From NCBI GenBank assembly GCA_040389905.1, contig JAZJZK010000024.1, positions 1 through 40,683 on the forward strand: a stretch of DNA of 40,683 nucleotides. The letters run 5' to 3'. Shown here one piece after another: positions 26,587 through 35,878 of this stretch; position 1 is the first letter of the stretch, and the number at the start of each line of letters is the position of its first letter. The notes beneath the pieces are model-generated. The model worked only from the letters and a program-made list of their open reading frames with translations, was not told the origin of the DNA and did not search any database. The position numbers and the translations under genes are program-made. The DNA comes from Gemmatimonadota bacterium (GTDB lineage Bacteria; Gemmatimonadota; Gemmatimonadetes; Gemmatimonadales; Gemmatimonadaceae).

Positions 26587-27497
26587 TGGTCCCTCCGATC
26601 CTTGAAGAACACGCCAGTCGTCACCTTGGTCAGCTTCTGCTCCGTTCCTCCCGATGGAGGTCGAATGCTCAATCCATTGAGGACGAGATCCAACCCTCGG
26701 ATGGTGCTGATCGGCGACGGCACGGCGATCTGCGACGTGTCCTGGTTGTACTTATAGAACTTGAAGCGAGCGGACGTGTCGAACGGTGCGATGATCTCGT
26801 CCCGGGTTCCGCCGGTGCCGCCGCCCGTGGGCGTGACGGTGCGCCACAGTCCGCGCCCCCTGCCTGGAAACGCTGCCGACGCGTCGAACGCGTAGAGAAT
26901 TTCCTGGTAGATGAACATCGGCGTTCCGACTGGGGCACCGACCATGCGCTTCACCCGTGCAACGCGGCCAGCCCGACCCAGGTAGCTCTGCGTGAAGATG
27001 CCCGGATTGGTGCCGGTGGTGTCCGTGCAAATCGTCGGCGTGGTCTCCGTCGCAATGGCGTCACCAACGGCGGCTGGAGTCCACTGAAACACACCGGACG
27101 TGGTATCCCGGTACGCAACGCCTCCATAGGTCCCCATGGCAAACAGCGCAGAGTCCATGGGAACGAGGCTGACGACGGTATACGTACCGGCGACCTGGCA
27201 CACGAGCCCCCAGGCCATCGGAACGCGCACCTTGATCGAATCCGCCTTCGCCATCATCAGGCCGCCGCTGTCCTGCACCATGCGGAGGTCGGTCATCAGG
27301 ATGTTGTACGCGTCGCGCGATACACTGCGCGCGCCGCGCAGCGCGGCCTGCGACGAGGTGAAGTTCGCCTGCACGACCATGAGTCGCGTCATCGCCGTCG
27401 CCACGATCCCGAGGATCATGATGGCGATCAGCAACTCCATCAGCGTGTAGGCCGGCCGGCGACGGGGTGTCGCGCGTTCTGGTTGTGTCTCGGTCAT
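26583..27497 (-). CDS. PilW-like minor pilin
   Basis: RRRPA|YTLME; 'LMTDLRMV' motif; ATGA overlaps on both sides. Confidence 0.82.
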   Translation of the reverse strand: MTETQPERATPRRRPAYTLMELLIAIMILGIVATAMTRLMVVQANFTSSQAALRGARSVSRDAYNILMTDLRMVQDSGGLMMAKADSIKVRVPMAWGLVCQVAGTYTVVSLVPMDSALFAMGTYGGVAYRDTTSGVFQWTPAAVGDAIATETTPTICTDTTGTNPGIFTQSYLGRAGRVARVKRMVGAPVGTPMFIYQEILYAFDASAAFPGRGRGLWRTVTPTGGGTGGTRDEIIAPFDTSARFKFYKYNQDTSQIAVPSPISTIRGLDLVLNGLSIRPPSGGTEQKLTKVTTGVFFKDRRDQ

Positions 27498-27949
27498 GGC
27501 GTGAACAATGGGCTGTACCGGTTCGGATTCCGGCGGTGAATGACCACGGAATCCTTGAGCATCGTGTCCTTCACGTTGGTCGTCAGCGGGATGATGGTCA
27601 CGCGGACCTCAGCGATCAGCGTGTCGCCCGCTGCGGACGTGGGATAGTTGGCAACCGTATCCCGGCGGAGAAAGTTCATGTTGTACCCCTTGATCGTATC
27701 GAGCCGCGTGGGGTTTGTATTGATGCGGGCCCGGAGCGTGTCGTACGGCAAGCCGCTATAGCGGTTGAGTTGCTGGACGACCACATAGTTTCGCTTGGCA
27801 ATGATGTCGGCTCGGCGGGCTCGTTCCGAGGTGCGGGTGGCGAGGACGCTCAGTGACCCGATGACGAAGGCCAGGAGCGTCATGGCCACGACGACCTCGA
27901 TCAGTGAAAAGCCTCGGCGCCGCCGCGGTCCTTGTTGTTCGACGGTCAT
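27494..27949 (-). CDS. PilV-like minor pilin
   Basis: RRRRG|FSLIEVVVAM; ATG 27949 overlaps the upstream stop. Confidence 0.85.
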   Translation of the reverse strand: MTVEQQGPRRRRGFSLIEVVVAMTLLAFVIGSLSVLATRTSERARRADIIAKRNYVVVQQLNRYSGLPYDTLRARINTNPTRLDTIKGYNMNFLRRDTVANYPTSAAGDTLIAEVRVTIIPLTTNVKDTMLKDSVVIHRRNPNRYSPLFTP

Positions 27950-28425
27950 TTCTGGTTGCTGATGGAGACGAGGCCTGCACGCGAGATCGTAATAGTCCGC
28001 GGCACGGCGTTCCCGTTCGTGATCGTGATCGTCAGTGCATTCTCGGCGAGACCGGGCGGATAGATCTCGAAGGCCGTATCGCTTACCACGAATGCGCTCG
28101 CGGCAAGCTTGTACTCCGTGTCGAGCCCCATCGGCCGAATGCGGAAAATGCTCGTCATCGCGCGGTCGGTGAGGAGAAAACGGGTCTTCGAGGCATCCCA
28201 CACGACGCGCACCGGCTTCCGGTCGCGCCCGACGAGGGCGAACGCCGACTGGATGTCGTCGGAGAGCACGGAGGCCGCGCGATCGACGCGAATGCGGTAC
28301 TGCGCGCGCGCGAGACCGGTTACGCCGATTGCGAGGGTGAGGCCCGCGATCACGATGACCATCATCAGCTCGAGCAGCGTGAAGCCGCTGCGGTTTCGCG
28401 TTGGCCGTTCGAGCCAATTCGTCAT
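27946..28425 (-). CDS. FimT/FimU/GspH-like minor pilin
   Basis: GGAGG RBS; RNRSG|FTLLE; 'IYPPGLA...TITISRAGLV' C-terminus. Confidence 0.85.
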   Translation of the reverse strand: MTNWLERPTRNRSGFTLLELMMVIVIAGLTLAIGVTGLARAQYRIRVDRAASVLSDDIQSAFALVGRDRKPVRVVWDASKTRFLLTDRAMTSIFRIRPMGLDTEYKLAASAFVVSDTAFEIYPPGLAENALTITITNGNAVPRTITISRAGLVSISNQK

Positions 28426-28552
28426 GTCCCCTCCGTTCTGTCTGGCGTCCCCGACGGGCGGGTGTGCCCAACAGACTTGGGTGCGACCCCGCAGTCCGGC
28501 TTCGGTTCTGCCCATGTTCGAAGTATGCACCCGTACACGGCGAGTCGCACGG

Positions 28553-28580
28553 TGTGACATTCCCTCGCCTGAATGTGATG
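28553..28580. promoter_or_regulatory. Conserved pilin-operon upstream motif, copy 3
   Basis: TGTGACATTCC-ctcgcct-GAATGTGATG aligns without gaps to copy 2 (TGTCACATTCC-acgcctt-GATTGTCACG). Confidence 0.55.
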
Positions 28581-28826
28581 CTACCATGCTTCAGACGGCT
28601 TATCCGTGACCGGGGTCACGAAGGCGGCCGAATGCAGACAAGAATGCCGGTCTTTTAGTGTCCACCCGGACATTCTGTCCTATCGGCGACATTCGAATGT
28701 TACCGACTGGTGGGCGGCGGAACCAATACTTCGTTGGTCGTGAAGCCATGCCTGGTCGCGCGCGGATGGACAACGACTCGACCCATTGATAGACTCCCCG
28801 CTCCACTGCGCCCGACGGAGCATACT

Positions 28827-29213
28827 GTGTCAAATATTCCGCAGGACCTGTTTTACACGGAACAACACGAATACCTGAAGCCAACGGACGTACCGGGCGT
28901 GTTTTTCGTCGGCATCACCGACTATGCGCAGGGCGAGCTCGGCGATATCGTCTTCGTCGAACTGCCGAATGCCGGCGCGGTTTTCGATGCACACGCCTCA
29001 TTCGGCACGATCGAGGCGGTGAAGGCCGTTTCTGATCTGTATTGCCCACTGACGGGCGAGGTCGTCGAAGCCAACGGCGCGCTGGACGCCAATCCGGCTG
29101 CAGTGAACGCCGATCCCTACGGCGAAGGCTGGATGATCAAGCTTCGGCTGCAGGACCCGTCCGCTACGTCCAGCTTGCTCGACGCCGCAGCGTACGCGAA
29201 GCTGGTGGGCTGA
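28827..29213 (+). CDS. gcvH: Glycine cleavage system H protein
   Basis: GGAG RBS and GTG start; GITDYAQGELGDIVFVELP; lipoyl-lysine motif IEAVKAVSD; DPYGEGW. Confidence 0.96.
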   Translation: MSNIPQDLFYTEQHEYLKPTDVPGVFFVGITDYAQGELGDIVFVELPNAGAVFDAHASFGTIEAVKAVSDLYCPLTGEVVEANGALDANPAAVNADPYGEGWMIKLRLQDPSATSSLLDAAAYAKLVG

Positions 29214-29227
29214 GCAGAAGCATCTCG

Positions 29228-29353
29228 CCGGCACATTGAACGCGGATTGAGCGGATGGAAGCGGATAAGATCTGATTGAAAGCCTTTCCCAAAAAAAGCT
29301 TTATCAGATTTGATCCGCGTCACAATCCGCTCAATCCGCGTTCAGTGTGCCGG
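29228..29353. repeat. 126-bp imperfect hairpin (REP-like) between convergent gcvH and gcvP
   Basis: CCGGCACATTGAACGCGGATTGAGCGGAT...ATCCGCTCAATCCGCGTTCAGTGTGCCGG; internal GCGGAT periodic repeats. Confidence 0.85.
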
Positions 29354-29368
29354 TGCGTCGAAGCGTGT

Positions 29369-32257
29369 TTACTCCTCTGCGTACGCGTCGGTGGGCAAGC
29401 AGGAGCATACCAAGTGCCTATCGCCGTAAGCACTCTCCACGCGGCCCACTGACGGCCAGAATTTCCGCTCGCGCGTAGACTGCGTCGGAAACGCCGCCTG
29501 CTCGCGGCCGTACTTGTGATCCCACGAATCGCTGATCACCGCGCGCATCGTGTGCGGGGCATGCTTCAGCGCATTGTCGTCGCGGTCACTCGTGCCGTTC
29601 TCGATCGCCCGGACTTCTTCGCGAATCGCAATGAGCGCATCGCAAAAACGGTCGAGCTCCGATTTGGGCTCACTCTCCGTCGGCTCGATCATCAGCGTGC
29701 CAGCCACCGGAAAGCTCACCGTCGGCGCATGGAAGCCATAGTCCATCAACCGCTTCGTGATGTCCTCCACTTCGATGCCCGCGCTGCCCTTGAGCGGCCG
29801 AGGATCCACGATGCACTCGTGTGCCACGCGTCCGTTGGCTCCCTTGTAGAGCACTGGATAGTACGGCTCGAGCCGAGCCGCGATGTAGTTCGCATTGAGA
29901 ATGGCGATCTTGGTCGCGTGGGCGAGTCCTTCACCGCCCATCATGTCGATGTACATCATCGAGATCGGCAAAATGCTCGCACTGCCCCAGGGCGCGGCGC
30001 TCACCGCACCCGTCGCTTGCGCGCCACCCGTCGCGATGACCGGGTTGCCTGGGAGGAAGGGAGCGAGCTGCTTCGCCACGCCGATCGGGCCCATGCCCGG
30101 ACCACCGCCGCCATGCGGAATGCAGAAGGTCTTGTGCAGGTTCAGGTGACAGACGTCTGCACCGATGTCGCCCGGCCGGCACAGGCCGACCATCGCGTTC
30201 ATGTTCGCGCCATCCATGTAGACCTGCCCGCCGTGCTCGTGCACGATCGCGCAGATCTCCCGGATGCTTTCCTCGAACACGCCGTGCGTGCTCGGATACG
30301 TCACCATCAGCGCCGCGAGCTTGTCCTTGTTCGCCTCGGCCTTGGCCCTCAAGTCGGCGACGTCGATGTTGCCCGTTGCGTCCGTCTTGGTGACAACCAC
30401 CGTCATGCCCGCCATCACGGCACTCGCCGGATTGGTGCCATGTGCTGACTGCGGAATGAGGCACACCGTGCGATGGGCCTCGCCACGCGACTTGTGGTAC
30501 GCCGCAATCGTGAGCAGCCCCGCATACTCGCCCTGCGACCCCGCGTTCGGCTGGAGCGACACCGCCGCGAATCCGGTGATCTCCGCGAGCGCCGCTTCGA
30601 GGTTCGCGAACATCTCCTGATAGCCCTGCGTCTGGTCCACCGGCGCGAACGGGTGGATTCTCCCGAATTCCGGCCACGTCACGGGAATCATTTCCGCCGT
30701 GGCATTGAGCTTCATGGTGCAGCTGCCGAGGGGAATCATGGAGTGCGTGAGCGACAGGTCGCGCGACTCGAGCGTCCGCATGTACCGCAACATCTCCGTC
30801 TCGGAGTGGTGCGTGTTGAAGACGGGGTGCGTGAGGAACTCGCTGGTGCGGGCGAAGCGTTCGTCGTAGCGATCGTCGATCGCCTCTGCGAGCCCGCTCG
30901 TTTCCGGCGCGGGGTTCCCCGCCGCAAAGATCGTCAGGATCGCCTGCACGTCGTCGTCGGTGACCGTCTCGTCGAGCGCCACGATCACGTTTCGCTCGCC
31001 GGCCTTGCGAAGGTTCACGCCCTGCGCGGCGGCCGCCGCCAGCACCAGGTTCGACGACGTGCCCGCCGCCACTTCGACGCAGAGCGTATCGAAGTAGACC
31101 TCGTTCTCGATCGAATGCCCGAGTTGCTCGAGACCAGCCGCGAGCATCGCCGTGCGCCGATGAATCCGGCGCGCGATCGTGGTGAGCCCTTCTGCTCCAT
31201 GCCACACCGCGTACATGCTCGCGATGACGGCAAGCAGCACCTGCGCCGTGCAGACGTTCGACGTCGCCTTCTCCCGGCGGATGTGCTGCTCGCGCGTCTG
31301 GAGAGCCATGCGCAGCGCGGGCCGCCCCGCGGAATCGCGGCTCACGCCGATGATGCGGCCCGGCAGCATGCGCTTGAACTCGTCCTTCGTGGCAAAGAAC
31401 GCCGCGTGCGGCCCACCGTAGCCGAGTGGTACGCCGAAGCGCTGGGTGTTGCCGACGCATACGTCGGCGCCCCACTCGCCCGGTGGCGTCAGGAGCACGA
31501 GGCTCATGAGATCCGCGGCGACGACCACCAGGGCGCCAGCCGCATGCGCGCGTGCGCAGGTGTCGCGATGATCGAGCACCGCGCCGTCGGTTGTCGGATA
31601 CTGGAGCAGGATCCCGAACGTGTGCTCACCGAAATTCGCGGTGGCCGCGTCGCCGACTTCTGTCGCGATGCCGCGCGCATGCGCGCGCGTCTCGACCACA
31701 TTGATGGTCTGCGGGTGGCAGCGCGCATCGATGAAGAAGCTGTTCTTCGCGTTGCTCCCCTTCGACTGATACGCCAGGAACATCGCCTCGGCGGCAGCCG
31801 TTCCTTCGTCCAGCAGCGACGCATTCGCGATCTCGAGCCCCGTGAGGTCCATGATCATCGTCTGGTAGTTCAGCAGCGCCTCGAGACGTCCCTGCGCGAT
31901 TTCCGCCTGATACGGCGTGTACGCGGTGTACCAGCCCGGGTTCTCGAGAATGTTGCGCTGAATGACCGGCGGCGTGAGCGTGTCGTGATAGCCGTAGCCC
32001 AGGTACGAGCGGAACACCTTGTTCTTGAGGGAAATGGCGCGCAGGGCGGCCAGTGCCTCGTGCTCGCTCCGGCCGGCATGGATCGCCAACGGCGACCGCA
32101 GGCGAATCCCCTCCGGGATGGTCGCGTCGATGAGCGCGTCGAGCGTCGGATAGCCGACGACACTGAGCATCGAGGCGACTTCGGCGTCGTTCGGACCAAT
32201 ATGCCGAGGGACAAAAGAGTCAGCGCCGGCGAGCGGCGCGGAGCGGGTCGTCGTCAT
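29369..32257 (-). CDS. gcvP: Glycine dehydrogenase (decarboxylating), single-chain P protein
   Basis: [57 protein letters not shown]. Confidence 0.97.
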   Translation of the reverse strand: MTTTRSAPLAGADSFVPRHIGPNDAEVASMLSVVGYPTLDALIDATIPEGIRLRSPLAIHAGRSEHEALAALRAISLKNKVFRSYLGYGYHDTLTPPVIQRNILENPGWYTAYTPYQAEIAQGRLEALLNYQTMIMDLTGLEIANASLLDEGTAAAEAMFLAYQSKGSNAKNSFFIDARCHPQTINVVETRAHARGIATEVGDAATANFGEHTFGILLQYPTTDGAVLDHRDTCARAHAAGALVVVAADLMSLVLLTPPGEWGADVCVGNTQRFGVPLGYGGPHAAFFATKDEFKRMLPGRIIGVSRDSAGRPALRMALQTREQHIRREKATSNVCTAQVLLAVIASMYAVWHGAEGLTTIARRIHRRTAMLAAGLEQLGHSIENEVYFDTLCVEVAAGTSSNLVLAAAAAQGVNLRKAGERNVIVALDETVTDDDVQAILTIFAAGNPAPETSGLAEAIDDRYDERFARTSEFLTHPVFNTHHSETEMLRYMRTLESRDLSLTHSMIPLGSCTMKLNATAEMIPVTWPEFGRIHPFAPVDQTQGYQEMFANLEAALAEITGFAAVSLQPNAGSQGEYAGLLTIAAYHKSRGEAHRTVCLIPQSAHGTNPASAVMAGMTVVVTKTDATGNIDVADLRAKAEANKDKLAALMVTYPSTHGVFEESIREICAIVHEHGGQVYMDGANMNAMVGLCRPGDIGADVCHLNLHKTFCIPHGGGGPGMGPIGVAKQLAPFLPGNPVIATGGAQATGAVSAAPWGSASILPISMMYIDMMGGEGLAHATKIAILNANYIAARLEPYYPVLYKGANGRVAHECIVDPRPLKGSAGIEVEDITKRLMDYGFHAPTVSFPVAGTLMIEPTESEPKSELDRFCDALIAIREEVRAIENGTSDRDDNALKHAPHTMRAVISDSWDHKYGREQAAFPTQSTRERKFWPSVGRVESAYGDRHLVCSCLPTDAYAEE

Positions 32258-32342
32258 CAAGGGCCTCAGGCGCACGTGCTGCGCCGGTAGGAGCGTCGTG
32301 AGATTCTATCGGGAAGGAGTGCACATAAAGTTATGTTGACGG

Positions 32343-33110
32343 ATGCGCTGGCGTCACCTGCTCTCACCGCCCTCCGATGGGCCGACCAACATGGCCATCG
32401 ACTGCGCGCTCATGGAGCGGGCGCGTCGAACGGGGGAATCGGTGCTGCGCATCTATTCATGGAGTGCGCCGGTCTTGTCGCTGGGAAGAAACCAACGCGC
32501 GTGCGGTCTCTATGACGACCTGGCGCTCGAGCGGCACGGCGTCCACGTCGTCCGGCGACCGACCGGTGGCCGGGCGCTCCTCCACCATCGTGAGATTACG
32601 TACAGCGTGACGGCACCCGTGACCGACAGCGTGGGTCTCACCGCCACCTATCGCGAAGTGAATGCCCTCTTGTGCGAGGGCTTGCGAGCCATCGGCGTGG
32701 CCGCGGAGGTCGCCCCGGCCGGTCCTCGCGCGCGGGTACCTGATGCCACCCCCTGCTTTGCCGAACCTTCCGCTGGCGAACTCGTCGTGGGAGGGCGCAA
32801 GCTTGTCGGGAGCGCACAGTTCCGAGAGGGGTCTGCCCTGCTCCAGCACGGCTCCGTCATTGTCGATGACGATCAGGGCCTCATTCCGCACTTGATGCGC
32901 TCACCCGCCCCGATTCCACCCGTGCCAGCGACATTGAACGGGCTTCTCGGGCGCTCGGTCGATCCGAAAGAGCTGAGCGACGCACTGTTCGCTAACGTAC
33001 GAATGATGGACGCGTCTGTCAGTTCGCTGTCCCGCGGTGAGATCGATGACCTTCAAATCGACAACTTTCTGCAACATTTTCGCGACGCAGGATGGACATG
33101 GCGCAGGTGA
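32343..33110 (+). CDS. Lipoate-protein ligase A / LipM-like octanoyltransferase
   Basis: NMAIDCAL, VVRRPTGGRALLH, RKLVGSAQ, LLQHGS. Confidence 0.9.
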   Translation: MRWRHLLSPPSDGPTNMAIDCALMERARRTGESVLRIYSWSAPVLSLGRNQRACGLYDDLALERHGVHVVRRPTGGRALLHHREITYSVTAPVTDSVGLTATYREVNALLCEGLRAIGVAAEVAPAGPRARVPDATPCFAEPSAGELVVGGRKLVGSAQFREGSALLQHGSVIVDDDQGLIPHLMRSPAPIPPVPATLNGLLGRSVDPKELSDALFANVRMMDASVSSLSRGEIDDLQIDNFLQHFRDAGWTWRR

Positions 33111-33192
33111 TGCAGCAGTCTCAACCTGTCGGCCATTGACCCGCTTGTAACTCCGGTTATCGTTTCGCGCTGCCCTCCTCCTACAGGCTCCA

Positions 33193-34902
33193 ATGCCCCA
33201 GCTCCTGCCCCTGACTTTTCGACGCCCGGCGCGCATCGCCTCGCTTTTCCTTGCCTGCGCCGTTTTCTCCGCATGCAAAGACAAGAAAGGCCCCGACACG
33301 GTTGCCGTCCCCCCCGCGCCTGGCGGCACGATCGTCATCGCGACGTCGACAGACGCGAGCACCATGCTGCCGCCGCTCGTCTCGGGGATCGTCGACCGGC
33401 AGGTCACCGATCTCCTGTACGATCGGCTGGCTGACATTGGCCAGAACCTGAATACGGTTGGCGACAAGGACTTCACAGCGCAGCTGGCCGAACGGTGGGA
33501 ATGGGCGACGGACTCGCTGTCCATCGTCTTCTTCATCAACCCGCACGCAATGTGGCATGACGGTCAGCCCGTGCGCGCCAGCGACGTGCGATTCAGCGTC
33601 AAGTTGATGAAGGACCCGTCGCTCGGGTCGCCAGCCACCGCGTTGCTCGTCAACGTGGATTCCGTTTCCGTTCGTGACTCGGTCACGGCGGTCGCCTGGT
33701 TCAAGCGTCACACCCCGGAGCAGTTCTACGACCTCGTTTATCAGGTACCGATCCTCCCCGAGCACATTCTCTCGAACACGCCCGTGGCGCAGTTGAAGAC
33801 CGCGGAGGTGGGCCGTCGCGGCATCGGATCGGGGCGCTTCCGGCTCGACAAGTGGGAGCCTGGCCAGCGCATCGTCCTCGTGTCGGACAACTTCAACTAT
33901 CGCGGCCGCGCGAAGATCGATCGCGTCATTTTCGCGATCTCGCCCGATTTCAACGCGGCATCCACGCGCTTCTTCGCCGGCGATGCCGACCTGTTCGAGA
34001 ATCTGCGTGTCGAGCAGCTCCCGGAGATCGCCAAGGACACGGGCAAGAAGACACAGCGGCTCCCAAGCCTGAGCTACAACTATCTCGCGATGAACATGAT
34101 CGACCCGAAGAACCCGGGGCAGCCGCATCCGATCTTCGGTGACCGCGCGGTACGGCGGGCACTCACCATGGCCGTCGATCGCCGCGCGATGCTGAAGAAC
34201 GTGTTCGACACGATTGGCCAGCTCGCCTATGGTCCATTCCCGCACTCGATGACCGTGGCGGATACGACCCTGCCACAGATTCCGTACGACACGGCGAAAG
34301 CGCGCGCGCTGCTCGACTCGGCGGGTTGGGTTGCCGGCCCCGATGGCATTCGCTCGAAGCTCGGCCGGCGCCTCGCGTTCTCGATCACCACGCCCAGTTC
34401 GAGCGCGGCGCGACACTCCTACGCCATTCTCCTCCAGGAAGCCTTCCGGAAAGTGGGCGCCGACGTAAAGCTCGACGAGAGTGACTTTGCGGGATACCTG
34501 ACGAGGCTCACGTCGCACACGTTCGATACGGAGATGGCGAACTTCAGCACCGATCCGAGCGTCTCCGGCTTCCAGCAGAGTTGGTCGACGCGGTTCATCG
34601 GGAAGGACGGGCAGAACCACTATTCGTACTCCAACCCTCGGGTCGACGCGATGCTCGACAGCGCGACCGTGGCCTTCGATCCAGCGCGCTCGAAGCTGTA
34701 TGCGCGTCATGCGTTCGAAGCGATCATGGACGACGCGCCCGGGATCTGGCTGTACGAGCCGCCAACGATTGCCGGCGTGCACAAGCGCATTCGCATGGTC
34801 AAGCTCCGCGCGGACGCCTACTTCTCCGGGTTGGCGGACTGGTGGATCCCGTCCAACGAGCGCATTCAGCGCGACGTCATCGGTGTCGGCCCGACACCGT
34901 AG
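33193..34902 (+). CDS. Peptide ABC transporter substrate-binding lipoprotein (family 5)
   Basis: Lipobox FSA|C; 'LAERWE...WHDGQPVRASDVRFS'; 'VRRALTMAVDR'. Confidence 0.92.
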   Translation: MPQLLPLTFRRPARIASLFLACAVFSACKDKKGPDTVAVPPAPGGTIVIATSTDASTMLPPLVSGIVDRQVTDLLYDRLADIGQNLNTVGDKDFTAQLAERWEWATDSLSIVFFINPHAMWHDGQPVRASDVRFSVKLMKDPSLGSPATALLVNVDSVSVRDSVTAVAWFKRHTPEQFYDLVYQVPILPEHILSNTPVAQLKTAEVGRRGIGSGRFRLDKWEPGQRIVLVSDNFNYRGRAKIDRVIFAISPDFNAASTRFFAGDADLFENLRVEQLPEIAKDTGKKTQRLPSLSYNYLAMNMIDPKNPGQPHPIFGDRAVRRALTMAVDRRAMLKNVFDTIGQLAYGPFPHSMTVADTTLPQIPYDTAKARALLDSAGWVAGPDGIRSKLGRRLAFSITTPSSSAARHSYAILLQEAFRKVGADVKLDESDFAGYLTRLTSHTFDTEMANFSTDPSVSGFQQSWSTRFIGKDGQNHYSYSNPRVDAMLDSATVAFDPARSKLYARHAFEAIMDDAPGIWLYEPPTIAGVHKRIRMVKLRADAYFSGLADWWIPSNERIQRDVIGVGPTP

Positions 34903-34905
34903 CCC

Positions 34906-35877
34906 GTGCGGCGGTACCTCGCAGCACGGCTGTTCCAGGCGGTTGGCGTCGTCGTTTTCGTCACGACGTTTTCATTCGTGCTCATCCACCTCGCGCCCGG
35001 CGATCCTGTCGCCGGCGCTCTCCGGGGGCCGAACGTTTCAGAGACCGTGCGTGAGCAGTGGCGCGCGACGTACGGCCTCGACCGGCCACTTCCCGAACAA
35101 TACGCGCGGTGGTTGCTGAGCACCGCGCGCGGTGAACTGGGATACTCGTTTTCGTTGCATCGTCCGGTCCGTGATGTCTTCCTCGACGCGCTGCCGAACA
35201 CGCTCCTGCTCTCCGGCACCGCGCTCCTCTTGAGCTTCGGGCTCGGCATGGCGGTCGGCGTGCTTCAGGCCGAGCGGCCGCGCGGCGCTCGCGACAGGTG
35301 GATGGGCCGCACGCTGCTGGTCTTTTTTTCCGTGCCGGATTTCTGGTTCGCGCTGGTCATCCTCATTCTCTTCGCTTACCGGCTCCCGTGGTTTCCCGCG
35401 GGCGGGTTGAAGGACTCGTTCGGGTACGACTATCTCCCACCGTTAGCAAAGGTGCGCGACCGGTTGTGGCACCTCGCGCTACCCGTCTTTACGCTCACGG
35501 TGTTGACCGCGGCCAACGCGGCGCGCCAGCAGCGCGCGGCACTCATTGCCGTGCTGCCGTCGGACTGGATGCGCACCGCGCTGGCCAAGGGCTTGAGCTG
35601 GCGGGCCGCCGTGCGTAAGCACGCGTTCCGTAATGCCCTGCTTCCGACGATTACGCTCCTCGGCATCTCCGTGCCACAATTCGCCGCCGGCTCGATTTTC
35701 GTGGAGAAGGTGTTCACGTGGCCAGGCGTCGGCCTGTTGACTGTCAACGCCATCGGGGCCCGCGATTATCCGCTCGTCACCAGCGGCGTGCTCGTAGCGA
35801 GCATCATCGTCGTCTGTGCCGCACTCGTGGCGGACATCGCGGTGGCGATCGCCGACCCGCGCATTCGGCTGAGCTGA
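34906..35877 (+). CDS. Peptide ABC transporter permease (OppB/DppB family)
   Basis: 'LAPGDP', 'YGLDRPL..QY', 'TALAKGL', 'RDYPLV', 'DPRIR'. Confidence 0.93.
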   Translation: MRRYLAARLFQAVGVVVFVTTFSFVLIHLAPGDPVAGALRGPNVSETVREQWRATYGLDRPLPEQYARWLLSTARGELGYSFSLHRPVRDVFLDALPNTLLLSGTALLLSFGLGMAVGVLQAERPRGARDRWMGRTLLVFFSVPDFWFALVILILFAYRLPWFPAGGLKDSFGYDYLPPLAKVRDRLWHLALPVFTLTVLTAANAARQQRAALIAVLPSDWMRTALAKGLSWRAAVRKHAFRNALLPTITLLGISVPQFAAGSIFVEKVFTWPGVGLLTVNAIGARDYPLVTSGVLVASIIVVCAALVADIAVAIADPRIRLS

Positions 35878-35878
35878 A

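Noticed and set aside
28430..28826. Glycine riboswitch or other ncRNA upstream of gcvH (also checked upstream of gcvP)
   Set aside because: No aptamer consensus recognised, and the gcvP upstream gap is only about 85 bp.
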